Below, piece after piece: positions 28,451 to 38,202 of a stretch of 64,000 nucleotides of DNA. Location: positions 928,001-992,000 of the forward strand of contig OY820591.1 of assembly GCA_963555985.3 (NCBI GenBank), given 5' to 3'. The translations under genes and the position numbers were made by a program. A model generated the notes under the pieces. It had not been told where the DNA came from and searched no databases. It was given only the letters and a program-made list of their open reading frames with translations. Every line of letters starts with the position of its first letter. Positions within the stretch are counted from its first letter, which is position 1. The DNA is from Dehalococcoidia bacterium (GTDB lineage: Bacteria > Chloroflexota > Dehalococcoidia > Bin125).

Positions 28451-29188
28451 ATGACCGAGATGAACCTGCGGATGGGCGACAGCCGAGCGCTGATCAAAAG
28501 CATCCCCGACGGCTCTGTCGATCTGCTCCTCACCGATCCGCCCTACAACCTGGGCATGTACTCCACTGGCAACATCAAACTCGACTGGCGCTCGGACATG
28601 AACAACGATTTGGCGGAATGGGACACGGTCGAGTTTCGGCCGGCGGATTGGGTTGAGGACTTCCGCCGCGTTCTCTCGCCAACCGGGAACATCTTCGCGT
28701 TTTGCAGCTACAACCTACTCGGCAAGTGGCACGACGCCTTTGATCACCTGTTCGATACATTCCAATTCATGGTCTGGCACAAGACGAACCCGGCTCCCAA
28801 GATCAGACGGGCGGGATTCCTCAACAGCTGCGAGCTCATCGTCTGTCTCTGGAACAAGGGCCACACCTGGAATTTCATCTCCCAGCGCGAGATGCACAAC
28901 TTCATCGAAAGCCCGATCTGCATGGGCGCGGAGCGGCTCAAGGATCCGAAACATCCCACCCAGAAACCCGTGCGCGTTCTTGAGCACATCATCCGGATCG
29001 CGTCGAATGAAGGCGACACCGTCTTCGATCCGTTCATGGGAGTCGGTTCGACCGGTGACGCAGCAATCCGCATGGGACGCAGTTTCACCGGGATCGAGCG
29101 AAACGAGGATTACTTCCGAGCAGCCGAGCGCCGCCTCCGTGACGCCGCAGCATTGACGGACGTAAGACAACCGGCGCCGCCCCTCTAG
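28451..29188 (+). CDS. Beta-class N6/N4 DNA methyltransferase
   Basis: DPPY, HPTQKP, DPFMGVGST. Confidence 0.93.
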   Translation: MTEMNLRMGDSRALIKSIPDGSVDLLLTDPPYNLGMYSTGNIKLDWRSDMNNDLAEWDTVEFRPADWVEDFRRVLSPTGNIFAFCSYNLLGKWHDAFDHLFDTFQFMVWHKTNPAPKIRRAGFLNSCELIVCLWNKGHTWNFISQREMHNFIESPICMGAERLKDPKHPTQKPVRVLEHIIRIASNEGDTVFDPFMGVGSTGDAAIRMGRSFTGIERNEDYFRAAERRLRDAAALTDVRQPAPPL

Positions 29189-29233
29189 GCAAGCGGACCC
29201 TGAACGATCCTGTTGGGCAAGTAACCTGCCCCC

Positions 29234-32233
29234 ATGACCGTCCGTCCTGTCCTCGAAGGCCGTGCGCCATCGAACTTCGCCAGCGTCCGGCGCGCTCGCG
29301 CGATGCTCCGGAACGGCCCCAACGCGCTCCAACTGATCGCCGACGACCTCCGCGACGCGCTCTCAGGCGAGCCGGATCTCCTCTTCGACCGCCCCTCGCG
29401 CTTGCTCTACGCGACCGATGCCTCGCTCTACGAGATGGAGCCGGTGGCGGTCGTCTTCCCGCGAACGCCCGCTGATGCGGCGGCGGCAGTGGCGGTCGCC
29501 CGCTCGCACGGAGTCCCCGTCCTACCGCGCGGGGGCGGTACGAGTTTGGCCGGCCAAGGCGTAAACCACGCGGTGGTGCTGGATTTCACGCGGCACATGA
29601 ACCGGGTGCTGGCGATCGATCCGGAACGGCGCCGAGCGCGGGTACAGCCCGGACTGGTGCTGAGCGAACTGAACAAGGCCGCCCGCGAATACGGCTTGCA
29701 CTACCCGATAGACCCGTCCACGGCGAACCGCGCCACAATCGGCGGCGGAATTGGCAACAACTCCTGTGGTACCCATTCCGGCCTGTACGGGAAAACAGTC
29801 GACGTCGTCGATTCGATGGACGTGATCCTGTCGGACGGCGCTGAGTTCGCATTTCGGCGGCGGGAGGGTCGTGACTTAGCCGCGTTGATCGACGCCGGAG
29901 GGCGCGAAGGCCGGCTCTACCGCGATCTACGGGCGTTGGCGGATCGCGAGCGTGCGCAGATCGCCGAGCGCTTCCCGGATATCCCCCGCCGCGTCTCCGG
30001 CTACAACCTCGACACGCTGCTGAACCCAGACGGAGTGAACTTGTCGCAGCTGGTGGTGGGCTCGGAGGGCACGCTCGCAGTAGTCACCGAGGCAACCGTG
30101 CAGCTCGCGCCGCTGCCGGCCCGGCGCGGGATCCTCGCCGCCCACTTCCGAACCCTGGTCGAAGCAGCCGAAGCGACTGTGGCGGCAAACCTCCACCGCC
30201 CCGCAGCGATCGAGCTCGTCGACGAGATCATCATCGAGCGCTGTCGTTCCAGCGTGGGCTACGCGCCGCTGGCCGAATTCGTCGTTGGCGATCCGGGAGC
30301 GATCCTGTTGATCGAGTGCTTCGCCCACACCGACGCGGAGCTGCGCGATCAGCTTCAGACCATCGCTGCGGAGCTTGAGGCGCGTGGGATGGGATATGCC
30401 AGCGTGATCGAGACCGATCCCGGTGCGCAGGCGCGAATGTGGCAGATGCGCCAGGCCGGGTTGGGTCTCCTGATGTCGATGCACGGCGACCCCAAGCCGG
30501 TGGCCTTCGTCGAAGACACAGCTGTGCCGCCTGAGCGCCTGCCTCAGTTCGTCGCCCGCTTCGACGCCGCCGTGCGGGCTCGCGGGCTGCGGGCGGGTTA
30601 CTACGGTCACGCGGCCGCGGGCTGCCTCCACATCCGCCCGGTAGTGAATGTCAAAGACCCCGACGGTCTCGATCAGACCGAGCAGTTAGCAGCCGAGATT
30701 GCCGATCTGGTCGTTGAGTTCGGCGGCAGCCTAAGCGGTGAGCACGGCGACGGGATCGTACGCGGCGCGTTCATGGAGAAGATGTTCGGCCCCCGCTTGG
30801 TCGACGCCTTCCGTGAGACGAAGCGCATCTTCGATCCCGACGGCCTGCTCAATCCAGGCAAGATCATCGACACGCCGCCGTTTCGCGACAATCTCCGGCT
30901 CAGTCCGGAGACGCAGAACCTCACGCCGCCATCGGCCCGCCAGTGGCTCAATTTCGACTCAGAGGGCGGTCTCGCGCGGGCGGCCGAACTCTGCAACGGG
31001 CAGGGAGCCTGCCGCAAGTTCGACGGCGGGATGTGCCCCTCGTTCCAGGTGACCCAGGACGAGGAGCACTCCACACGCGGTCGCGCGAACCTGCTGCGCC
31101 AGATTCTCAACGGCGCGCTGCCGGCAGAGGAGTTGAGCGGCGATCGTCTGCATGAGGCGCTCGATCTCTGCGTCGAGTGCAAGGCCTGCAAGGCGGAGTG
31201 TCCCTCGGGCGTCGATCTGGCCAAGCTCAAGTACGAAGTCCTGGCGCACCGACGCGCGCAGCACGGCACACCCCTGCGGGATCGGGCCTTTGCAGCAATT
31301 GCGACCCTGGCGCGCTACGGCTCCGCAACAGCCCCGCTGAGCAATGCGCTGGCAGCCTGGACGCCGGCGCGAGCGGCGCTGCACCGACTGGGCATTCACC
31401 GGAAGCGTCCCTTGCCGCGCTTTGCGCGGCGGACGTTTGCGCGTCAGTTTCGGGAGCGGCAGGGGCGTGCGGAGCAAGCCTCAGCCACACGCGGCGAGGT
31501 GCTGTTCTTCGACGACACCTTCACCAACTACGTGCATCCCGAGGTGGGGATCGCAGCAATCGAGATCATCGAAGCGCTGGGCTACCGGCCGCTGCGAATT
31601 GAGCAACGTGAGTGCTGTGGGCGTCCCGCAATCTCGAAGGGGCTGCTAGACGACGCACGCGAACTGGCGCAGCGAAACGTTGAGGCGCTCGTTGCCTATG
31701 CGCGGGAAGGCGTACCGATCGTGGGTACCGAGCCGTCCTGTCTGCTGAGCCTGAGGGACGAGTATCCGCTCTTGCTGCGGAGTGAAGATGCGGCTGCGGT
31801 GGCGTCTCAAGCGATGCTCTTCGACGAGTGGTTGGCAACTGAACTGGCGCGTCCCGACGTGCCGCGCATCTTTTCCAACTCGGAGCCAGAGCGTCCGCTG
31901 CAAGTGCACGTGCACTGCCACCAGAAAGCGTTGGCGGGTTTTGGGCAGACACTCGCAGTGCTGCGCGCAGCGGGCTACGAGCCTGAGTTAATCGACAGCG
32001 GCTGCTGCGGGATGGCCGGTTCGTTCGGGTTCGAGGCAGAGCACTACGAGCTCTCGCGGCAGATGGGAGAGCTGCGACTGTTCCCCGCGTTGCGGGCTAC
32101 TCCGGCGGAAACGCCAGTGGCGATCACCGGAGTCTCCTGTCGTCAGCAGATCGGCCACTTCGCCGAGCGGGAAGCGCGGCACCTAGTGGAGTATCTGGCG
32201 GAAGCTCTGAAGAGAGCGGAGGCAGTCCGATAA
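29234..32233 (+). CDS. FAD-binding, Fe-S-containing oxidoreductase (YdiJ/GlcD-GlcF-like)
   Basis: RGGGTSLAGQ, GSEGTL, GEHGDG, CVECKACKAECP, CCG domains. Confidence 0.92.
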   Translation: MTVRPVLEGRAPSNFASVRRARAMLRNGPNALQLIADDLRDALSGEPDLLFDRPSRLLYATDASLYEMEPVAVVFPRTPADAAAAVAVARSHGVPVLPRGGGTSLAGQGVNHAVVLDFTRHMNRVLAIDPERRRARVQPGLVLSELNKAAREYGLHYPIDPSTANRATIGGGIGNNSCGTHSGLYGKTVDVVDSMDVILSDGAEFAFRRREGRDLAALIDAGGREGRLYRDLRALADRERAQIAERFPDIPRRVSGYNLDTLLNPDGVNLSQLVVGSEGTLAVVTEATVQLAPLPARRGILAAHFRTLVEAAEATVAANLHRPAAIELVDEIIIERCRSSVGYAPLAEFVVGDPGAILLIECFAHTDAELRDQLQTIAAELEARGMGYASVIETDPGAQARMWQMRQAGLGLLMSMHGDPKPVAFVEDTAVPPERLPQFVARFDAAVRARGLRAGYYGHAAAGCLHIRPVVNVKDPDGLDQTEQLAAEIADLVVEFGGSLSGEHGDGIVRGAFMEKMFGPRLVDAFRETKRIFDPDGLLNPGKIIDTPPFRDNLRLSPETQNLTPPSARQWLNFDSEGGLARAAELCNGQGACRKFDGGMCPSFQVTQDEEHSTRGRANLLRQILNGALPAEELSGDRLHEALDLCVECKACKAECPSGVDLAKLKYEVLAHRRAQHGTPLRDRAFAAIATLARYGSATAPLSNALAAWTPARAALHRLGIHRKRPLPRFARRTFARQFRERQGRAEQASATRGEVLFFDDTFTNYVHPEVGIAAIEIIEALGYRPLRIEQRECCGRPAISKGLLDDARELAQRNVEALVAYAREGVPIVGTEPSCLLSLRDEYPLLLRSEDAAAVASQAMLFDEWLATELARPDVPRIFSNSEPERPLQVHVHCHQKALAGFGQTLAVLRAAGYEPELIDSGCCGMAGSFGFEAEHYELSRQMGELRLFPALRATPAETPVAITGVSCRQQIGHFAEREARHLVEYLAEALKRAEAVR

Positions 32234-32316
32234 GGGCCGCGGCGCTTGAACCCCGACCCGACCACTACCAACCTCCCCCCACCTCCCCTCTGTACCGCAC
32301 GACGCACATCCCCCGC

Positions 32317-32350
32317 TTGACCCCGACCAAGCAATGAAGTACATTTGTGC
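32317..32350 (+). promoter_or_regulatory. Sigma70-like promoter with overlapping LexA-box-like site
   Basis: TTGACC-17bp-TACATT; GTAC-ATTT-GTGC; same layout at 37600. Confidence 0.55.
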
Positions 32351-32409
32351 ATACAGCCATCCCCGGCCCGAAGCTCGCCCGCACCCGTGCGCCCTGTCTG
32401 GACACTCCC

Positions 32410-32590
32410 CAACGACCGCTCCCGACACCAACCGACCAAGCCCGTCCAACACCGAACAAATTCGACCAAAACCGAACGAAATCGAACGCTCAAACTTGAC
32501 AGGACTAACCACCGCCTACCACCCCGAACACACGATCTCCCGTAAAACACTGGGTTTCCTCCACCAGACCCGCCCGAAAAAAATTTCGGC
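32410..32590 (+). repeat. Phased CGAAC element, copy A
   Basis: Six 10-bp units at 32431-32490 plus tail CACCCCGA..CCCGTAAAACACTGGGTTTCC. Confidence 0.75.
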
Positions 32591-32658
32591 TGCCGACCCA
32601 GCGCACGCCGAACAATCTCTCCTCCGACCAGCGTTCGTCCAACCCATGCCAACAGGCT

Positions 32659-33561
32659 CTAGAGCAGGAAACGTTTCGGCGCGCCGGACGGCTGGCGGCG
32701 GAAGTTCTCGATCAGGAGTCGTTGACGGCCTTGATCGATGATCCAACTGGCGCGGCAGCGGCGGGCGTCGCCCAAAATCGTCTGCGCTTGGCGGTGCAAG
32801 CGCTGGTAAGTGGCGCGGTCGTCGGCCTCAACGCCGAAGAGGCCGCTGCCGACCGCGAAGCGGCATTGGCGATCCTGAATCACGATCTGCCAGCCCAAGA
32901 GCAACTGCGCCCAGCCGAGGTGGAAGGAGCTGTCCGCCCAGTTGACGAGCAAGCGCTTGTCGTGCGACTCCGATGCGGTCAGCAAGGCGGACGCGCCAAA
33001 GTGCGAGCGTCCAAGTTCGCTGGCCGCGCGGTAAGCGTCCGCCGTCTCCGGCGCCATCGCGATCTGCTGGCCGGCCATGTATTGGCCCATGCCGATCTCG
33101 GTGGCGTGATGTTCGGCGTTGTTCGACCAGGCCTCCCGCAGCCAATCCTCGAACTCGATCTGCTCTTCGCCGACTACAGCCTGCTCCGCCCCCAGCCATT
33201 CCAGCGCCGCGCGGATCAGCGGCAGACAGCTGCCATACGAGGCGCGGCTGGTCATCGCAAGCAGGTCGATCCCGGCCCGATGCACGCGCGACCAGAACAG
33301 CAGCGCCGAGGCGTAGGTTCGCTTGCGGTAACGGCTGTGCGAGCTCTGTTCGACGATCTGGCGCTGGAGCGCAAGCGCGTCGAGCAACCAGCGCTGATCC
33401 AGCCCCAGCGCGAACGAGGTCTCGCGCAAGGCGTCGCGCACCGTCTGCGGCTCATCCTCTTGCGGCTTGGGCAGGGTCAGCGGCTCGGTTGGGAAGGTGA
33501 TCGGCGAGATGCGCTGGCGCGGAGGCTCCCGCGCCGCTTCATCAGCGCTCACGGCCCGCAT
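32659..33561 (-). CDS. Hypothetical helical protein (possible HEPN/DUF5677-like)
   Basis: 300-aa ORF; LIRAALE and YRAASELGRSH motifs. Confidence 0.65.
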   Translation of the reverse strand: MRAVSADEAAREPPRQRISPITFPTEPLTLPKPQEDEPQTVRDALRETSFALGLDQRWLLDALALQRQIVEQSSHSRYRKRTYASALLFWSRVHRAGIDLLAMTSRASYGSCLPLIRAALEWLGAEQAVVGEEQIEFEDWLREAWSNNAEHHATEIGMGQYMAGQQIAMAPETADAYRAASELGRSHFGASALLTASESHDKRLLVNWADSSFHLGWAQLLLGWQIVIQDRQCRFAVGSGLFGVEADDRATYQRLHRQAQTILGDARRCRASWIIDQGRQRLLIENFRRQPSGAPKRFLL

Positions 33562-34066
33562 CCTTCTTCGGCGCGGCGAGCAGCGACTCCAGCCAGCCCA
33601 ACAAGCGCTCGCTCTGGACTTCGACGTAGGGCCGATCGGGATGCCAGGCCCAGAGTTCGCGCACCACTTCGAGCGTGGACCAAACGCTGCCGTCGCCGCT
33701 CTCGGAGATCTGCACCAAACGGCGCGCCACGTCGTCGGCCGTCCAAACCAACGGGCGCTCGTAATCCAGCATCCGCGTCGCCTGAGTCAGGGCACGGATC
33801 CAGCGGTCAACCGTGTCGAAGGCGACTTTGCGATCCATCAGCAGCGCCCGCAGGGCCAGCACTTCGGGCAGATCGACCACTCGCGCGGGCGGACGATCGG
33901 GCGGGGGAACGGGTTCCGGGCCGTCGTCGTCGGGCAGGTTGGCTTGCGCCCAAGTCTCGCTGGGCACGCGCCGCAATTCGCGGTAGACGAGCGCGCCGCC
34001 CGCGCCCGCTTCCCACCATCGCCGCAGGCGCTCATGGCGCAGTTCCGAGCTCGCAGTCGTGGTCAC
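33542..34066 (-). CDS. Hypothetical protein
   Basis: 174-aa ORF overlapping the start of the next gene. Confidence 0.6.
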   Translation of the reverse strand: MTTTASSELRHERLRRWWEAGAGGALVYRELRRVPSETWAQANLPDDDGPEPVPPPDRPPARVVDLPEVLALRALLMDRKVAFDTVDRWIRALTQATRMLDYERPLVWTADDVARRLVQISESGDGSVWSTLEVVRELWAWHPDRPYVEVQSERLLGWLESLLAAPKKDAGRER

Positions 34067-34358
34067 GTGGGCAGGTTACCGCAGAGAATCAGCGCGCCGA
34101 TTGGAGGACGGGAGGAACAGGGTCATGGGCGGGTTATGCACAGACGCGATCCAGTTGACGGATCGCGGGATTTACGTCAGTAACGGGATGCCGTCAGAGT
34201 TGACATTCCCATCCCCTCGATTCGTTCTGACCAGATTGAGACACGGGTGGAAACGGGTCTAGAGCGGATGCACACCGCTGGGAGCCAGAGGGCTGCGCCA
34301 TGCGGCAAACGCACGTGCGCGATGCATCCGCATCCATTCCCCGAACAGGACAGACTCG

Positions 34359-35261
34359 ATGGAACGCGAAATTCAACAGTTCCTGACCTACATGGCCGCC
34401 GAGAAAGGCTCCTCAGCCAACACCATCTCCGCCTATCGCAACGACCTCGCGCAACTGCGCGCCTACTTCCTGGAGCACGGCGACCCGGGTCAGACGATCG
34501 CCGAGATCGACGCCGAGCAACTGCACGACTACGTCTCCCACCTGCGCGCGCAGGACTACGCGCAGGCGACCGTGGCGCGCAAGGTGGCGGCGGTCAAGAG
34601 TCTGTTCACCTATCTCAAGGGCGAAGGCCTGGTCGAAGACAATCCGGCCGAACAGCTGGCCTCGCCGCGAGTCGGTCGAACGCTCCCGCGAACGCTGACG
34701 GTGGAGGAGGTGGACGCGCTGCTGGAGCAGCCGGGACGGCGCAACACGCCGGAGTCGGTCCGCGATCAGGCGATGCTGGAACTGCTCTACGCGACCGGAA
34801 TGCGGGTCTCGGAGTTCGTCTCGCTGGACCTGCGCTCAATCGAGTTGCACAACCGTCAGGCTTCGGTGCGTTGCGTGGGCAAAGGTCGGCGGGAGCGCCT
34901 AATCCCGATTCACTCGACGGCGGTGACGGCGCTGCACAGCTACCTCCAAAACGCGCGCCCGCAACTCTGCCGAGGCCGGCGCGAGGTCGCCCTCTTCATC
35001 AATCGGCGCGGGGAGCGGCTGACGCGGCAAGGAGTCTGGCTGATCATCAAGAACTACGCCAAAGAGGCCGAGATTACCGGGGTCACCCCGCACACGCTGC
35101 GGCACTCCTTTGCCACCCACCTGCTGCGCGGCAACGCGCCCCTGCGCAACGTGCAGGAGTTGATGGGTCACCGCAGCATCTCCACGACCCAGGTCTATAC
35201 CCACTTGACAGACCCGGATCTCCGCCACGTCTACGATCGCGCGCATCCACGAGCGAGCTGA
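34359..35261 (+). CDS. xerD: Tyrosine recombinase XerD
   Basis: LLYATGMRVSE, GKGRRER, LTRQG, HTLRHSFATHLL, MGH..TTQVY. Confidence 0.88.
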   Translation: MEREIQQFLTYMAAEKGSSANTISAYRNDLAQLRAYFLEHGDPGQTIAEIDAEQLHDYVSHLRAQDYAQATVARKVAAVKSLFTYLKGEGLVEDNPAEQLASPRVGRTLPRTLTVEEVDALLEQPGRRNTPESVRDQAMLELLYATGMRVSEFVSLDLRSIELHNRQASVRCVGKGRRERLIPIHSTAVTALHSYLQNARPQLCRGRREVALFINRRGERLTRQGVWLIIKNYAKEAEITGVTPHTLRHSFATHLLRGNAPLRNVQELMGHRSISTTQVYTHLTDPDLRHVYDRAHPRAS

Positions 35262-35314
35262 GGCAGTCTCTGTCCTCCGGCCGCCCCCCCTGCACTTCGT
35301 GACATCCCCACCTC

Positions 35315-35505
35315 TGGAGACCTGTGCAACATCCCCATATCCGTCATTCCCGCGCAGCCTGCCCCTGGACTGAACAGGGGGCGGGAATCTCGAAGCAACC
35401 AAGTGTGAAACCACTCCCAATCTGGTCGTACCACCGACCTCACATCGCACGATCCGCTCCTCCGAGGCCCCAACGCGCCAGGATGGACTGTTGCACAGGT
35501 CTCCA
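35315..35505 (+). mobile_element. MITE-like element with perfect 17-bp terminal inverted repeats, copy 2
   Basis: TGGAGACCTGTGCAACA ... TGTTGCACAGGTCTCCA; internal REP; non-coding. Confidence 0.8.
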
Positions 35506-35614
35506 AACGCGGGAATCCAGCCTCCGCATCTGCCCAGCAAGGGACGCCTCGTCGAAACAGACGTCTTGCAACCGCGCCGCGCATGATCAGCCGGAATTGC
35601 CTCTGCCCGCAGAA

Positions 35615-37510
35615 CTAATCCTTTGACTTGGTTCGCACCGCCGCCGCGTGGATATCGCTCAGGTTCCTGGTGCCGGTCGCGTCCGACAGGAAGGTCCGGA
35701 ACACGTGCGTCAGGACGCCGCTGGACCCGCCGTCGCCGGAGAGCGTCACCACCCCAAACCCGGGGCAACTGCCCAAGGCGGCGTGCTTCACCGTGATCGG
35801 ATTCGACCCTCGGAAGGAGACCACAATCATTCGGCCATCGGGACTAATGTCCACGAGATCCGGGGCGGGATCGTCATTGAATTCATACCCTTCATCGTTC
35901 AAATCAACGAATGGCGCCCCCTCCCCGACGCAGTAGCCCGACCCGGTCAGGTCCACAGTGCCGACATGCGCGGCCGCCTGCTCTGCCAGTGTTGCGGCGG
36001 GATCATTGACGATCTTGCCGATATCGAACACCTCCGCGTTGTTCTGGATGCGGTCGAACTGATACAGAAAGCGTCCGTTGGCCGAAACAGTCATGCCGTG
36101 CGCATCCCGGCGCGCCGCCAGTTCCGCCTCGTCGACAATGTTCAGCGTCTTCTCTTGGTAGAACGTCACCACCGGCGGCGTATTCGGCGCGGTGTGCGGG
36201 TTCGCTCCGTCCGGGTAGTCCAGCGGCAGCCGGTACATGATGAACGTCGAATCATCCGCCCCCGCGCCGCTGGCCGAGACGCCCGCGTTCAGGTGCATGA
36301 AGCCGCCCGCCTCCACCCCGCCGCAACCGGCAGCGCTGATCACGTCACTGGTGTATTCCGCCACAATCGACATCGGCTCCGTTGTGATGTCCACCACGAA
36401 CAGACCGCCGCCGCCGAACGTGACGTAGGCGTGCTGATTGTTGCTGCTGGGAATCGGACACACCACGACGTTGTTGCCCCGCCCCGCCCCCTCCTTGAGC
36501 GCGCCGCTCGGCGTCGTCGTCGGTTGGAAGTTGGCGTATTCGCCGCTCACCTGGCCGCCGGGCAAGGTCGAATCTGCCTCCGCCTCCATCGCGGTCAGGT
36601 CCCGCCCGCCGACCAGGTCCAGGGTGGCGGACTTGTTAAACGTGAAGGTGTCCGTCTCCGTGTCGTAATCGATCCGCTCCAGCAGCTTGGCCCCCAGATT
36701 GGCCACAATCAGCTTGCTGCCGTCCGCAGTGAAGAACGACATGTGATTCGAGGGAGCCGATCCCTCCGGGCCGGTGGTGCGGAAGAGCGCCTTGCCCAGC
36801 TTCGCCGCCTCTTCCGGATCGCCCGAAATCCGCCGGCATTCCCGCAGACCGTCGCCCAACTGAGTGCATTGTCCCTCCGCATCGATAATCCCGACCATCC
36901 CCGCCCCCGGGCCGAAGAAGTTGACGCTCACATAGCGATGCGTCGGAGGGTGCATCAGCATCCCGTGCAAGCGTCTGACCCTCACCCCCAATTCTTCATA
37001 GGCGGACGGGAACACATCGACAGCCTCGATCACGGTCGGCCCGTAGTCCGGGTCGTCTTCGGCATACCAACCGGGCGGAGCGGCGAGAATGTCGCTGCTC
37101 TCGTAAATCAGGATGCGACCGCCATAGCTCCCCGACGGATTGTCGGCGTCGATGCCGGCGCTGTCCGCCTGATCCGACAACCACACTTCCCAGCCTCTGG
37201 CAGCGCGTTCGACTTCCCTGACCACCTCGACTGCCGGGCCGCTGACCGTCACGCTCGAGCTGGCCAGCCAGCGCCCCACGCTCGCGTCGGCTGGCAAAAT
37301 CCGCGCATCGGGACGAATCAGAGTCGCGTCCCAGCCACCGTCGGCGTCGCGCTGTTGCAGCGCCACCTCGACATCGCCGTCGGCCTGCGGCCGCGCGACG
37401 ATCCGCGTCTCAATGTTGCTCTGCCGCGCCTGCCCGAGGACCAAACCGCCAACGCCGATCAGCACCACCGCAACCCAACCCAGAACCGTCAACTTGCTCG
37501 GATTCCTCAT
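35615..37510 (-). CDS. Secreted hypothetical protein, probable beta-propeller
   Basis: Signal peptide; blade-like motifs HMSFFTADG, HGMTVSANG, DISPDG. Confidence 0.75.
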   Translation of the reverse strand: MRNPSKLTVLGWVAVVLIGVGGLVLGQARQSNIETRIVARPQADGDVEVALQQRDADGGWDATLIRPDARILPADASVGRWLASSSVTVSGPAVEVVREVERAARGWEVWLSDQADSAGIDADNPSGSYGGRILIYESSDILAAPPGWYAEDDPDYGPTVIEAVDVFPSAYEELGVRVRRLHGMLMHPPTHRYVSVNFFGPGAGMVGIIDAEGQCTQLGDGLRECRRISGDPEEAAKLGKALFRTTGPEGSAPSNHMSFFTADGSKLIVANLGAKLLERIDYDTETDTFTFNKSATLDLVGGRDLTAMEAEADSTLPGGQVSGEYANFQPTTTPSGALKEGAGRGNNVVVCPIPSSNNQHAYVTFGGGGLFVVDITTEPMSIVAEYTSDVISAAGCGGVEAGGFMHLNAGVSASGAGADDSTFIMYRLPLDYPDGANPHTAPNTPPVVTFYQEKTLNIVDEAELAARRDAHGMTVSANGRFLYQFDRIQNNAEVFDIGKIVNDPAATLAEQAAAHVGTVDLTGSGYCVGEGAPFVDLNDEGYEFNDDPAPDLVDISPDGRMIVVSFRGSNPITVKHAALGSCPGFGVVTLSGDGGSSGVLTHVFRTFLSDATGTRNLSDIHAAAVRTKSKD

Positions 37511-37599
37511 GAAAACATCTCCCGTTCTGTCCTATCCACCGCCAGTGGCTTGCAGTCTAGGTCTGTCACACACGCTGTCCGAGCGCTGAAGGCGGTAGC

Positions 37600-37633
37600 T
37601 TGACCGATCCCGATATACACAGTACATTTGTAC
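37600..37633 (+). promoter_or_regulatory. Sigma70-like promoter with overlapping LexA-box-like site
   Basis: TTGACC-17bp-TACATT; GTAC-ATTT-GTAC. Confidence 0.6.
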
Positions 37634-37689
37634 GTGACACCTGAATCCGGAGCCGTCTCATGCCCGCTCACCCGCCCCAGCCAACTGTC

Positions 37690-37890
37690 AGCGACCGCTC
37701 TCGATCCCAACGCGCCAGACTCAAACGACACCGAACGAGACCGCACGCAATCGAACGGAATCGAACAAAATCGAACGCATTCGACCATCCAGACTTTCCA
37801 ACACCTTCCACCCCGATCGCACCATCTCCCGCAAAACACTGGATTTCCGCACCCGATCGCCCAAAAAGTTTTTCCGACCTTCCACCGCCC
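37690..37890 (+). repeat. Phased CGAAC element, copy B
   Basis: Seven 10-bp units at 37721-37790 plus conserved tail. Confidence 0.8.
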
Positions 37891-38030
37891 CGGAGCCTGT
37901 CCCCGCGAAAGGGGTCGACACCGTTGCAAAACTCCGCTCTCCTCTCCCCCCCTTGCGGGGGGAGATGTCACGTAGTGACAGGGGGGGTCCCCTCTGCACC
38001 TGGCAGATGAGATCACACAGTGACAGCAAT

Positions 38031-38202
38031 CACGCCAAACGACACCGGACGACACCGAACGAGACCGAACGCAATCGAACAAAATCGAACGCATTCGACC
38101 ACCCAAACTTTCCGCCACCTTCCACCCCGATCGCACGATCGCCCGCAAAACACTGGGTTTCCACACCCGATCGCCCGAATTTTTTTCTGACTTTCCACCG
38201 CC
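38031..38202 (+). repeat. Phased CGAAC element, copy C
   Basis: Seven 10-bp units at 38031-38100 plus tail; near-duplicate of copy B. Confidence 0.8.

Noticed and set aside
34359-35261. Integrase of a prophage, ICE or integron
   Set aside because: Size and motifs fit housekeeping XerD; no att sites, cassettes or phage genes seen
37721-38100. CRISPR array interpretation of the tandem repeats
   Set aside because: Units are contiguous degenerate 10-mers with no unique spacers, and there are no cas genes
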